Origin: Catajapyx aquilonaris
Taxonomy: Eukaryota
Assembly (NCBI GenBank): GCA_000934665.2
Contig: KZ538583.1
Span: 1 to 60,624, forward strand
Reading direction: 5' to 3'
DNA length: 60,624 nucleotides
Of this stretch, positions 25,548 to 38,091 are shown one piece after another. Numbering within the stretch: the stretch's first letter is position 1; each line of letters starts with the position of its first letter. The notes below the pieces were generated by a model. That model worked only from the letters and a program-made list of their open reading frames with translations, was not told the DNA's origin and did not search any database. Both the position numbers and the translations under genes were made by a program.

Positions 25548-26748
25548 CGAGGGCGAATCGGAAAGTAAATTTGAAAACTTTTTTTTAATTCAGAAGTTTG
25601 GCTAGAGAAACTGAGCTATACATATGAACGGGCAAGTCTTTCTCTAATTTTAGACATAGTCGCCATACACTTTGGTGCATGTGATGTGTCCCAGCGGGAC
25701 ACTAGCATTTCCATACCCCTGCATAAAAAAGCGTCAGACTGGGTGGGCAACCAGTGGGGGATGGCCTCTTTCACTTCCTCGATGTCGCTCAAGTTCTGAC
25801 CTGCCAGGTGCTTCTTCATTGGTCCAAAGAGATGATGGTAGACCATCCCATCTCTTAGGATCAAAAAAGAAGCACCTGGCAGGCAAAGGTGGGCACAGCT
25901 AATCGAAAAATTAGCTTCTCTAACAGCTAATAAGCTAACTAAAAATTTGGCTTTGCTAAATAGCTAAAGCTAAATGGCTGGAAAATATATTAGTGGAAGC
26001 TAACACCTAATTTTTATTTTGGAATGTAACCTTTTGTTTGGCTCTATGACCCTTAAAAATACATACCTAAGCTGATAAAGCCTAGATAGCATTGCTACAC
26101 ATACTCCTTATTTAGTTACTTACTGTTCCGTACAAAAAGTAATAAACAAATCCAAAGTGCAAAAAAAGTTTATTGCCTAAAAAGTAACTGACAGGGAGAC
26201 AGTTGAACACGAATGAATTTTGTTAGCGGAATTTAATTTAGCTGCAGTGCGGCACTAAAATTAGTGGAAGCTAATTAGTCGGCTGGCGCCCTGAAAAGTT
26301 AGCGAAAACAGCTAATCGGCCACCGAAAGTTAGTTCAGCTATTAGCTGTTAGCGGATTAGTGGCGCCAATGTCCACCTTTGCTGGCAGGTCAGAACGTCA
26401 GCGAGGGTGAGAAGCCAGTGGGAGATGGCCTCTTTCACTTCCTCGATGTCGCTGAGGTCTTGAGAAGCTAGTGCTTCTTTTTTGGTCCAAAGAAATGGTT
26501 TTAACCATGGTCTACCATCTCTTTGGACCAATGAAGAAGCACCTGGCAGGTCAGAACTTGAGCGACATCGAGGAATGGGTATGGAAAAACTAGTGTCTCG
26601 CTGGGACAAATGCACCAAAGTGTATGGTGACTATGGCTAAAACTATTAGAGAAAGACTTGCCCTCGCATATGTAATATCTCAATTTTGGTGTCTCTAGTG
26701 AAACTTCTGAATTAAAAAAGTTTTCAATTACTTTCTGATTCGCCCTCG
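25548..26748. mobile_element. mariner-derived foldback element
   Basis: TA|CGAGGGCGAATC...GATTCGCCCTCG|TA; both arms carry the transposase C-terminus (HLFGPMKKHLAGQNLSDIEEVKEAI..W..LVSRWD). Confidence 0.92.
25884..26381. mobile_element. hAT-type MITE nested in the mariner foldback
   Basis: TIR caaaggtgg(g/a)ca, perfect 8-bp TSD ctggcagg, many agctaa/ttagc subterminal motifs. Confidence 0.92.
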
Positions 26749-27137
26749 TACAAACATAACTTACTCCCGTTAATTCACATTTACAATAATTTCATTCTGC
26801 ATTCATTTGTTACAATATCTACAATAAAAATGAATGGTGATTATCACACTCGGAACACAACACAATGAATTTTTATGGTGGTCTTTTCCAGCTATTAATA
26901 GCAATTCGTTGCTAATTCATAGCAGCTTTAACACTAGTGATAATTATTAGTAACTGCTTTGTATCTACAAATTAGCCGCAACACAAATGCAAATTACTAC
27001 TCATATTGACATCATAATTTGGTAGTGAATTTAAGCCAAGCAATAGCATAGCGAGATAAGGGCATCCAAAAAATTTGGCCTGCTTAGAGGCTTTACGAAA
27101 TAGCCACCTGTAATTAATGTGAATTAAATGCCAAAAG

Positions 27138-27342
27138 CAACGGCGTAGCCAGGAAATTTGTAAGGGGGGGTTATGTGAGGGAAGAGCGAAGAGGCCCGCC
27201 GCCGCAGGCAAACATTTTTTATGCTGTTCAATCTCACACAAGCTACAATATTTGCGCATGTGCGTTTTAACACCTTAAAATTGCGGATTGGAACTATATT
27301 TTTGGGTCCAGGGGGGNCCCCCCCCCCCTGCCTACGCCACTG
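27138..27342. mobile_element. hAT-type MITE
   Basis: caacggcgtagc / ctacgccactg ends; 8-bp TSD g(c/g)caaaag; contains an N. Confidence 0.7.
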
Positions 27343-27699
27343 GGCAAAAGGTACTATTTTTTCCGTGTCATTCTCCTAAATGATTAGTTAGATCATGCAC
27401 ATAGCCATAGAGGTTACCCTGTTATTATATTTAGGCTTGGTTAATAGTGCGTTGAAAACTAATCTGAAATTAAATAAAAAGCCGTCACTCAAAATTTTCC
27501 CGGCCGCAATAGGTCAGTTTAGGGAACCATTCATATATCACAATTGGTAAGTTACACGTATCGTAATTTCCTGTCCTAACTTGAAGTATATGCAAGAACC
27601 TTCGTGACCCTAGTCTCCTGATTGGTCTAGGTAAGCCCTACTGCATCTCTCAAAAAGATTGAGACGATTTTTCATGGAAGCGATATTAAATATTGGTAT

Positions 27700-28903
27700 A
27701 TGCATATTCGGAAGGTATTTTTATGCCCCAGGAGATGGTCATACTGAAAATGGAAAAATCCCAAATATAAAATCATTTTAGTTGCGAGACGCGTACCGTA
27801 AATGTAGTCACCTCAATTATCAATGAAATTATCGGTACTCCAAATTTGTTGCGGCGTCAAAAATTCATGCTACACATCGCGAGAATGCCTGATTCTAGCA
27901 CTCTACCTTGGTAATAATAATTAATAAATACCGATTTTAGTGACATACTAAAGATAAGTCTCATAAAGTTAACTGAGACGAAATAGGTATTTATTATATT
28001 TATGTAGAGTGATAGAATCAGGCATTATCATTATGTGCTACGTGAATATTTAACTCAACAAATTTGGAGTAATTTTATTGATAATTGAGGTGACTACATT
28101 TACGGTACGCGTCTCGCAACTAAAATGATTTTATATTTGGCAATTATCAAAAAAGGGTTCTCCAGATTTTGCGGAAATCGCAAGTAAACATTACCCTCAT
28201 CATTTTAAGTGCAATTCAAAAGAAATCGTACGGGTCGATTATTGATCAAAATAATAAAAAAAATTGGCCGTCATTTTTGATTTAGAGTTTTTGGTTTTTT
28301 CCATTTTGAGTATGACCATCTCCTGGGGCATAAAAATACCTTCCGAATACGCCTATCAGCTATAAGATTTGACCTGACCTTCTCCTAGTTATGGTCCTCC
28401 AAATGAGGTGACCACACTGCGTTTGAAACCAAAAAAGTTATTATTGTCGGCAAATATCGAAAAAGTGTTCTCCAGATTTTTCGGCAATGTGAAGTAAACA
28501 TTGCCCTTGTCATTCTAAGTGCCATTCAAAAGAAATCGTAGAGGTCCTTTCATGACCAATATCAAAATCAATGTTTTGGGCGCCATATTTGATTTTAAAT
28601 TTTGAGATTTGTCAATTTTGAGTATGACCATCTCATAGAGCGTACAATTACCCTCCGAATGCACATATCAAATGGTATATTTGACCTGACCTTCTAGGAG
28701 ATATGGGCGTCCAAGTGACAGCGAACGTATCAAAAAGGCGCGAAATTTGGCACATTTGCCACCCTGTAGTTATGCAACCACGCAACGCAGAGGAATAATA
28801 ATTTGGATTCCTGCACAGGTCGATGAGTAGTACATGTCACTACATTTTGGTCAAGGTCCTCAAAGATTTGTCGGAAAGTGTCCCGCTTGACGTGGAATGC
28901 CTC
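27700..28903. mobile_element. composite foldback/tandem element ending cgtggaatgcctc|atat
   Basis: inverted arms 27762-27851 and 28057-28140; about 300-bp tandem duplication 28140-28720; terminus similar to 17971-17983. Confidence 0.6.
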
Positions 28904-29882
28904 ATATATAATTATTTCCGTAAATTGTGATTGGGTTAGGATCACTGTCCCTCTCTTGACCCAGTTGGTGCGAACAGACCCAGTTGGTCGTATCATGAAC
29001 TCTGCCAGTGTTTTCACCCGGGTGTAGCCACGGAATCAGACCAGATATACCCCTTGTCCCTTTGGTGTCACGTAGGCTACAATTCGCGAACAATTCCGTA
29101 CCAATCCACGAAGAAATACTGCCGTAAACCGCGAGGTAAGTCGACCTACTGAGAAGAGAAAGTAGTTATTTTCTCAGTAAATAAGTGGAATTTGGGACGT
29201 TATAATTTATGCGAGATTTCATGACAGATTTGGGAAAATGCGCTCTCAGGCAATGATTTGAATGTCAATCTTATATTTTTTGCCGAAAAAGTGACGAAAT
29301 TTGTGACATTTTCGTTCATACAACTGGCTCTAAGTGATGAAAGTTGCCGTACATGTATAATTTTGGTGATGGGGATGATCGGATCAGTGTAATATTATAC
29401 TGTTAGCGTGGCACACGTGATTCTGGGATCACACTGTATACTAGGTAGTCTGGAGTGTAGTGTTGCAACCTTGCTAGACAAAACCAGAAGGGTTGAATGC
29501 AAGGCTATTTGATTTGCCGAATGCCATTATACCCTGGAATCGCAATTTTATATTTGACTAACATGTATTATAAATTACAACGAGATCTCAAATTGTGAGG
29601 AAATCCAAGAGCCTACTGTCCTGTCCGTTCACCCTGGAGTGGTAGCACCGGATAATATGCAGCACTCTCGCTTTCCAAACTATTCCCATGTTGTCCCCTG
29701 CACTGTAGGCTATTACGTAAGTATTACTACATTTACAAAGGTAAGTACCGTTTGGCACAAAGATTTTGGATGCAATTTTCCACAATATTCAGCTTAGCCA
29801 TTTGATGGCGCATACTTTCACCCATCATTGTATCGTACACAACCTCATGCCTATCGATATATTTTTCGTTCGTGGCATGGGA

Positions 29883-31412
29883 CACTAGCCTCCATTAATG
29901 GCTATGCACAGCCAGCGCCGCGCCGCGGGAATAAGCGGAAATACGGAGCTGCGTCCAAAACACTTGGACATCTCAAGGCAGCTCACGAGACAACTCAAGA
30001 TATCGCGGTGGATTCAAACGCTTGCTACCAAGATGGATCATAGAACATAGATATAAACTACTTTTGGGATGGATGATAAAACCACTGCGATTCCTCTCAA
30101 AGCACTGAAGTTGTGAACCAGTTATTACAGCACGCGGACCACACGAGTGCCTATTAATATTATTGTCGTCTCCTGTTAGGGTGCGGCTGGATAAGGGACT
30201 TTTTGGGGTGCCTGTAAACAGCATCACTGTTTTCTCATAATTTCACTTTTTAATTCAGAGTTATCTAATAAGGAAGAGGTCTTCTGGGCTCCACATGGCA
30301 GCCCGATTGCACCAACCGAAATTACCGATCCGAAAGCTTCTAAAGGATCATTAGGAGCCCTTTTAACGTGTGCTAACGATCTGGTAGGAGCTATCGAATC
30401 GGTAATTTCGTTGGTGCAATCGGGCAGAAATACCATCCATTACCAATCATTAGTCAGAGTCATATGGGAGTCTCTCGAATGAGAGTTGTCGCTTATACCC
30501 AATCTTTTGCACTACCCTATATGACTTGTTTCGTTTTACTACAGTGCAGTGTATTAAAAAACATGTACTCCAAAAAGGTTCTTTAAGAAATAAGTCCATA
30601 TCCAGAATAAATGGTCATGTGGTGACACCTGCTCTCCCTGGCTTGAACTAGGTCAAATATCCGTCTACAGACAGAATTATATAGCCTATGACAGCAATAG
30701 CAAATTCATACCTTATTGTGTGTAGAGGTCAAGGCCTATTTTAGATGGGAATTAATGCTTGCAAAATAAAATATTCAGTGATATTTCTTTACAACCTCTA
30801 GGGTTTTGTGTGGCTTCATCTCATGTCAGTTAGGCATTAGGCTTATAATACCTCCCTAAAGGTGCGTTTACATGTGAGCGATTTGATCGCGCGATGGGAT
30901 CGCCGGCGATGACAACGCTGAGTAACCGGAGTAACCAGTATTGTTTGAGGCGAAAATCGATTGTTACTTTCACCTCAAATAATATTGGTTACTTCACTCG
31001 GCGATGACCTCGCTCCGCTTCGCTTGTCAAATCGCTCACATGTAAACGCCGCTTAATACCGATGGGGAAAATTGACATGGCAATCGATCCCTACTGTAGA
31101 TATAACATATTGCCATGGCCACCACTGTCTTTGAGGTAGTATGTACGTATTTTGCGAATTTAAATACACATTCTGCCATATTTGAGTGAATTTGATGCAG
31201 TGTGAACAGGAAAAACGTCTAATACTGGAGAAATTTTTTGAAAACCTACATGGAAAGAAATTATGAGGATATGCATTTATTAATGAAACCTACGCACTAA
31301 ACTGGCCATCACCATACGGTTTACCCTGTTTTGGACGCAGCCGCCGCCCCTTATTTCCGCTTATTCCCGCTGCGCGGCGCTGGATGTGCATATCCATTAA
31401 TGCAGGGTAGTG
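29883..31412. mobile_element. CACTA/EnSpm-like non-autonomous element
   Basis: GA|CACTA...TAGTG|GA with about 80-bp imperfect TIRs. Confidence 0.75.
30860..31053. mobile_element. Harbinger-type MITE nested in the CACTA element
   Basis: AGGTGCGTTTACATGTGAGCGATTTGA TIR, TAA TSD. Confidence 0.82.
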
Positions 31413-32140
31413 GACAAGACTTGGTAAGCTGATGTCGAGTACTCTCGCTGCCAATAACATGTTCTGTCACATCAAGGACACTCGCTATATTCTTGCCTGC
31501 TCAAATGTTTATGTAGGTAGCCAAACATGTGAAGGTCATTCTGAGCAAAGTCTGGCCCGTGCTCTAGATGGTTTCGAAAATCCTCAACGATCGTCCACTG
31601 TCTTATCCTATGACAACCTCAAAGAGTTCAATGCCAGATTGTGCACGGCAGTTCATACGCTTGCATTTCGCAAAGTCGTGAACAGTTCAAGTGGGGTATC
31701 ATTGGATATCAAGAGCATTAGCTAGACCTTGCAGCGAATGAGCATCACTTTCATTGCCAACTATAGAAAATGGTGGCAACCGAGAGCTTATGGAGTGATC
31801 AAGAGGCGAAAGAATGATGGGCTTGGCGGTGAAAGTGGTAGACATAGTCTTGTCAAATCCGGCACTATCTTCCTAATAATACTTCGATATACCTGGGGTT
31901 TATGTCAAAGGGTAGCTGAAAATAAGCGTTTTCATTTAGCTATGTTGAATGTAGTGGAAAATATTTCAACGGCAAAACGGTGCCTACTCTTAGAATGTGA
32001 TAATACGTTGTTGATTTGGTTGATTGATTTGTTTGTTTATTTTCGTGAATGGAGTAGTGAATCCCTGGATCACTGTGCACCTGTGCACATGAATATGTCA
32101 GCACTAAGGTTGGAAAATTTGCGGTCTCTTTCCCCCACAG

Positions 32141-32282
32141 CAGGGTGTCCGTTTCGATCCTGACATGCCCCAAACCATCCGCCTCGAGTTCGCGAAAAGC
32201 AACACGAAGGTTAGCAAGCCTAAGCAGCAGTCACCTCCAGCCGCTGCTCCGCACCCCACATTAGTGCACCCACTCACGGGAC
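32141..32282 (+). CDS. cpo: couch potato coding exon, end of RRM1 and linker
   Basis: ctctttcccccacag acceptor (second CAG allows start at 32144), gtaagt donor; QGVRFDPDMPQTIRLEFAKSNTKVSKPKQQSPPAAAPHPTLVHPLTG +1 nt (phase 0/1). Confidence 0.97.
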
Positions 32283-35200
32283 GTAAGTACCTTTGCCCTC
32301 CCGGGAGAAAGTGTCTTTTGGGTTACCCTTTTCCTTACCCTACTTGTCCAGCTCTTATTCCATAGTGTTTGTCGCCTGTATGCACCGTTCATGGGATGTA
32401 TGTGCACCGTGTGGTAAACATGTCAGAACTATTTTAGGGGATGTAGTAGTAGTTTAAAATGTTCATTCATAGTTACATCCTAATACAGCAGGTGTAGCAA
32501 AAGTAGTCTATAATCTTGAAACGACAGTGTGGTAGTCCAGGTGCAGATCACAGAGGTCCCATGACACTTTTTGGCACCTCTGATAATTGTCATGCCATGT
32601 CACACCGAAAAGAGTAGTGCAACAGTAGCATCTGATACTTCCCAGGGTCAATAGGTCAGCGTAGCCTAATAGCAAGGTAAAACTTGAAGTCTGACTGAGT
32701 GACACGCACGTTGACACTGGCTCATTAATTCATTTTCTACCACTACACGGTTCAAGTTTTAGTCTGCTTAAATGTTTGCTCTCGAAAACAAAAATAACTT
32801 TAGCAGAAAATATTACAAAGAGCCTACAAATATTTTTAAATACAGTTAAATACTGTATGAACAGCAGAAATCCCCACGTAAAAGCGATGGGTAAATATGC
32901 AACAAAAATCAACTTTTTTTGTCCATGGAAATTCATCGACATTTTCCATGTTCCTTAGGTCAGTCGTAATTCATAGTGGCCATTCATTTTGTCTGAAATT
33001 TATTTTTGACCTTGGGACAGTCAACAACCCAAATTCCTAGAAATACTGTATAGGGATCATTCCGAATCAATTGGGCCGAAATGTTGCTAGACCATCTCGG
33101 ATTTTAGTGAAAGAAATCACAGCTGTACACACCTATATGTCATAACGCTGCATATAAAGTTTCAGCCATATTTCGAAAGACTATGGGGAGGGAAAAGACC
33201 GCGAAATTTTGGAAATTGCTGAAAATGAGGCCTTGTTCGGATAATTTTTTCGGTTAGTGGAAGGGGTAAAAACCCAATAAACATATAATATATCAAACGA
33301 GGAAAATGCGCCTATGTAAAAAGAAGAATGTGTGGTATTGATGTATTTGCGTTACACCAGTCGTCATTGGTGACAGGAGTTACGACCCACACACGGTTTA
33401 ATATGTTCAGTTTGAAGCCTGGTTCATGCATGACTCGCGAGAAAATATTATAGATGCTTCGCAGATGTGTCATTAATTTTTAAGGACTCGAATTCTGGGA
33501 CATGTGACCGATTGAATGCCACGCACATTATTCTGGTTACATTTGTGAGGAAAACTAATTCCATAGGCTCATTCCCCTCGCGTTTTTCTTATTTGATGTA
33601 CCGTCAAACGGGGTGAGATTGTGCCACTTTTTGAGGTTTTTCTTGAAAGCAAACCAGAGTAATTGATACGATTATCGGAACTAATATTTTATAGCCTACA
33701 ACATTGATGCACATCTCACCTTTCAGATCATACGTGAAAATAATTTTTATATACTCAAAGAGGGGAGATATAAATTCCTTTCCGTGCCACAATGTCACCT
33801 CGTCGAGTGGGGTGAGATTGGGCCAGCCTATTTAAATGCTTGAAATTAATTGGAAACGAGTCGTGGATATACTGTCCGCAAAATTTAGCATCTTCAGTAT
33901 TAGAAAAATGACCTTTTTTGAAACATGGTGCAATTAGTTTAAAACCCGCAGTTAACGAGATGAGATTGTGCCACTGTTTTTCCCAGTTTCCCTCCATTAT
34001 TTCATTATCGCTAGTTGCAGTACAACTCGTCTGCAGCTTTGGTCACATCCAATTATCTCTTTTTTCATCGCAGAATGTTAGACTTAATTTTCCCCAAAGC
34101 CTCCCCCCGATCTTCTTCAGGTAAACTCCTCCCATTACTGTCACACATGAGAATCAATGTAATAATGGGAAAATATAGTCGCACAATCTCAACCTGTCAA
34201 GTCCCCCTCTTTCATTCATTGGGTCATAGCTCAAGAACAAATGCAGATTTAAAAAACGTCAACTCGTATTATTTTACTACATTCAATAATGTAGTTATCG
34301 AAGTATTAACTTACCTGGTAACGAGAAGCAACCGGCCACTCACGACAACCAATAGGGGATACCGGGGCGCGTGTTTCCGTTCCCTACCCGATTTTGGCAC
34401 CAAGAGGTTATGCCCCGCCCCCCTCGGCCGATTGCCTTGGTTACGAACAACAAGACAGTCTTATTGCCTCTTTGAAATGCTAGTACTGTACAACTAGCTC
34501 TATGTGTCAATGCGTAGTTGTCCATTCCGTCAGGGTCGCTGTCGTTATGGCGCATCGCACGGACTAGGAATAATAAGGACTAGCTGGAAACTCCCCCTCT
34601 TATCGCGTACGGAACCACAGGCGGTGCTGAGCAGGGCTCAGACCGACGAGAAGCATTTCCCGTCGATTCCATCGATCGAAGCACCTATCCGCACGTTCTT
34701 ATTTAAACCAATGAGCTGCTGGGGCCTGAGCACATGGTCTTCGAATCGAACTCGTCATCGATGGCATCGACGCGATGTGCTTCTCTTCGGTATGGGCACT
34801 GATCAGCAGGGTCCCCTACATGGTTGCCTCCGCCACCCTAACCAGGGTATTGTCTCCACGTAGTCCTTATGGGGCGTCCATATTGAAGCTAGATTGCATG
34901 CTGGAGGATAGGAAATGGGCAAGCGTACAATTATTTTTTTCGAGGACATTTTTTCACTGCATGCAGATCCAATCTGATTTAGGTCCCATATGTCGGAGAG
35001 ACAATGCCCTCTCTAGGTGGGGGAGGCACTCATGGAGGTTACCCTGCTGATCAGAGCCGCCAGTGGTTCCATACTGCATTTCCACCCCGTTAGCCTCCCA
35101 ACGCGATAAGATAGGGGGAGTGTCCACTCACTATTATTCCTAGTCCGTGGCGCAGCGAGTTCCACAGCGGGATTGCATTGCAGGTATACTATAGCGCCAA

Positions 35201-35494
35201 TACGGGAAGGAATAACGGCACGCAAGATGGCGGCGACTGTCCCGACCAGTCCCGACCAGCCCCCAGTCACTCCTTGGGCCTTATACTGGCCGAGGCTGTC
35301 TCGAGTTGAACTCGAGGATGCGACTCTGCGTAACGTCAGAATGACGGATGCAGACCAATCCGGGACAGGGGAGACACCCAGCCTACGTCATTTTGACGTC
35401 ACGCAGAGTCGCATCCTNTATACTGGCCGAGGCTGTCTCGAGTTCAACTCGAGACAGCCTCGGCCAGTATGCAGGTCAATTATACCAATACATT

Positions 35495-35715
35495 GAGTGC
35501 GTTTACATGGGACTAAAAATCGGCCTAGCTACGGCCGCCTATGCTAGGCGAACCGGTTTACTCCCATGTAGCCGCTGGGCCTACGATAGACCGGCCTTAT
35601 CTGAGCCGTTGTCGGGCGCAGCCCAAGCCTTTTGGATCGGGTGGTCTACCTAAGGTGATGGCCTTGCTTAGGAAGCCTGGGTCAGGCCGATTTTGAGTCC
35701 CATGTAAACGTACTC
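35495..35715. mobile_element. Harbinger-type MITE
   Basis: GAGT(G/A)CGTTTACATGGGACT TIRs, 3-bp TSD att. Confidence 0.8.
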
Positions 35716-35727
35716 ATTGCTACCCCC

Positions 35728-36034
35728 CGTGAGCTTAACTGATTTCCCCCACCGAGGAGGGTTGGCCGCGGTTGGCGCTAGACGAGTCAAGTGCCGACAT
35801 GGTGGCGCCTTACCTAGCGGGGCATTTCTGAACCCTTTCGGTCGACTCCGATTGGCTGGAGTTTTAAAAGGCATCCTGTGCTCTTTTTAACCAATACACA
35901 CTACCTCCAGACAATCGGAGTCGACCCTAATGGTTCAGAATTTTCCCGGTAGGTATGGCGCCACCATCTCGACACTTGACTCTAGCGCCAACCGCGGCCA
36001 ACCTCCCTCGGTGGGGGAGATCAGGTAAGCTCAC
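35728..36034. repeat. palindromic element
   Basis: about 140-bp inverted arms cgtgagctta.. / ..taagctcacg. Confidence 0.8.
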
Positions 36035-36293
36035 GCAAAAAGAGGGAGAGTGACTCGAGGCTGATCCCGACCTATTCTTCTGAGACCGTGCTCGCCTCTT
36101 ATCGCCTTAGGGGGCTGACGGGGTGGTTTGCGTCATGTGGCCGCGTGATAGAGCTTTTCAGGCTGGAATAATAGACATGTGGTGACCCTATACCGGACTG
36201 CTATGAACTTAGGTAGAAGCACTTCTACAGTACTACCTAAGTTCAGAGCAGCGAAAACCACCCCGTCAGCCCCCTACAGCGATAAGACAGGAG

Positions 36294-36640
36294 CATGGTC
36301 TTAGAATACTAAGGTCTAGTTCTAGTCACTCCCTCATATCGCCTGCCGGGGCGTTTTGCATGAGATGCTCACCTGAGAGAGCCATGAGACCTTTCCCTGC
36401 TCTATTATGTGGCGACCCTACCGCACTACACTGAACTGTATACGTACAAAAGGGAAGCGCTACATTGGGGGACCCAACATGGTCGCCGGCGGCCATGTTG
36501 GGCCCGCATGTAGCGGCTTCTCTTCTACCTTAGTTCAGCGTAGTCCGGTAGGGTCGCCACATAATAGAGCAGGAAAAGCGGTCTCATGGCTCTCTCAAGT
36601 GAGCACCTCATGCAAAACGCCTTAGTATTCTAAGACCATG
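36294..36640. mobile_element. GC-rich hairpin-family copy
   Basis: catggtcttagaatactaagg inverted ends; centre catggtcgccggcggccatg; related copy at about 36080-36300. Confidence 0.8.
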
Positions 36641-36938
36641 CTTGTCACTATAAACAGTGTGTTTTATCAAGGTGAAGGAAGGGAAGGAGGTGTCCTTGAA
36701 GTGCTTGTAAGCATCACTGAATTCATAACTTGCCATTTTTGTTGCATAAGGTGAAGAGGAAAATAAGTTCACTCCAAAAAATTAGTGGGAGTGACGTCTA
36801 CATAGTAGACATGAAACCTTAGATGTCAAAGTTTTGTTGGTTTTTTTGCATTCGTGCCTACCTAAATGTAGCCATCTTCAGAGGTTTCAACCATTTTCGT
36901 GGCCTTCAGTAAATTTTTCATTATTTTAATTTCAAATA

Positions 36939-38091
36939 CAGGGTGGTGGTAAAGTCACTGCCTATTGGAAATGTGTAATAAAATTGTCAAATATTGCTCA
37001 ATTTCCATGAAGCAAGTTTTATTCTGTACCTTACAATGGTAGAATTTAAACTCCCGCCAGTACGGAGTGGATTTGGTATCCGACTGCTAATTGGGAGGTC
37101 CTGGATTCGAGTCCCGTAGGCCGGCGGTCCTGACCTTGGTTTTCTGTGGTTTTCCAAGGTCGCCCCAGGAAGAATTTCCGGGATCGTACCGTAAAATAGG
37201 CCACAGCCGCTTCCTTCCTTTCCTATCCTTGTCCTGTCCTTGAGGAGGCGCGGTGTCGGTGGGGGGTTTCTGACCCGCACCTAGAGGGATGTCTTGCAGC
37301 TTGGCCCCCTGGGGGACTGCACACGACCCCCAATTTCCGACATTGCACTTGCACCCGTATCCCCCCCTCACAAATCCCTATCCTGACCCCTGCACCGGAG
37401 AGGAAAAAATGCGATAAATTTCGTAAGAAAAAATGGTGGTAACCCACCCCCCTAAAAGGGCTCTGTTCCCTGTAATGGGGTAAAGCTAAAAAAAAAACTC
37501 CCGCCAGTATGCAACTTAGAGATCACAGTGAGAGAGCTCAGCTGGCGTCCCGTTTTGAAGTTTGGGGGTCGGTGGTTAAAGTGCAGAGATGGGGTGAACT
37601 GTGTCCGTGTATGGATCGCCACGATCCATACACGGACACAGTTCACCCCAGGACTATAAAGAACTACCATTCGAAGCTGATTAGCACGGGATCCGTGATG
37701 GACAGCCATAGGAGTGATCGTCCGTCGACATCGAGGACGGAGGAAAACGTGGCACCGCCATGGTTCGCCCATAGTGGCTTTATGGTTCTGGGATGAACTG
37801 TGGCACGAGATCCGTATATGGATCGCCACCATCTCTCCACTTTAACCACCGACCCCCAAACTTCAAAACGGGACGCCAGCTGAGCTATGTCACTGCGAGC
37901 ACTACGTTCCTGCGCCATTTTCACTGGTATCGTGACTGCTGTTGCCACCTGGGGGCGTGGCGTTGCATACTGGCGGGAGTTTAAATTATACCATTGTAAG
38001 GGACAGAATAAAACGTGTTTCATGAAAATTGAGCAATATTTGATAGTTTTATTACACATTTCCAATAGGCAGTGACTTTACAACCACCCTG
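36939..38091. mobile_element. Tc1/mariner-type MITE, left TIR split by a SINE
   Basis: TA|CAGGGTGG...CCACCCTG|TA; right TIR shows the uninterrupted sequence. Confidence 0.9.
37063..37494 (+). mobile_element. SINE family B with family-A-like tail
   Basis: 15-bp TSD aaactcccgccagta (37048-37062, 37495-37509); poly(A) tail. Confidence 0.93.

Noticed and set aside
32283..32365. Read-through of the cpo exon into the intron (RKYLCPPGRKCLLGYPFPYPTCPALIP*)
   Set aside because: Strong gtaagt donor and no recognisable homology; short open frames arise by chance; cannot be excluded without RNA data
35281..35470. Direct plus inverted duplication of tatactggccgaggctgtctcgag
   Set aside because: The extra copy starts at an N (35418); probably a scaffolding overlap within a simple hairpin element
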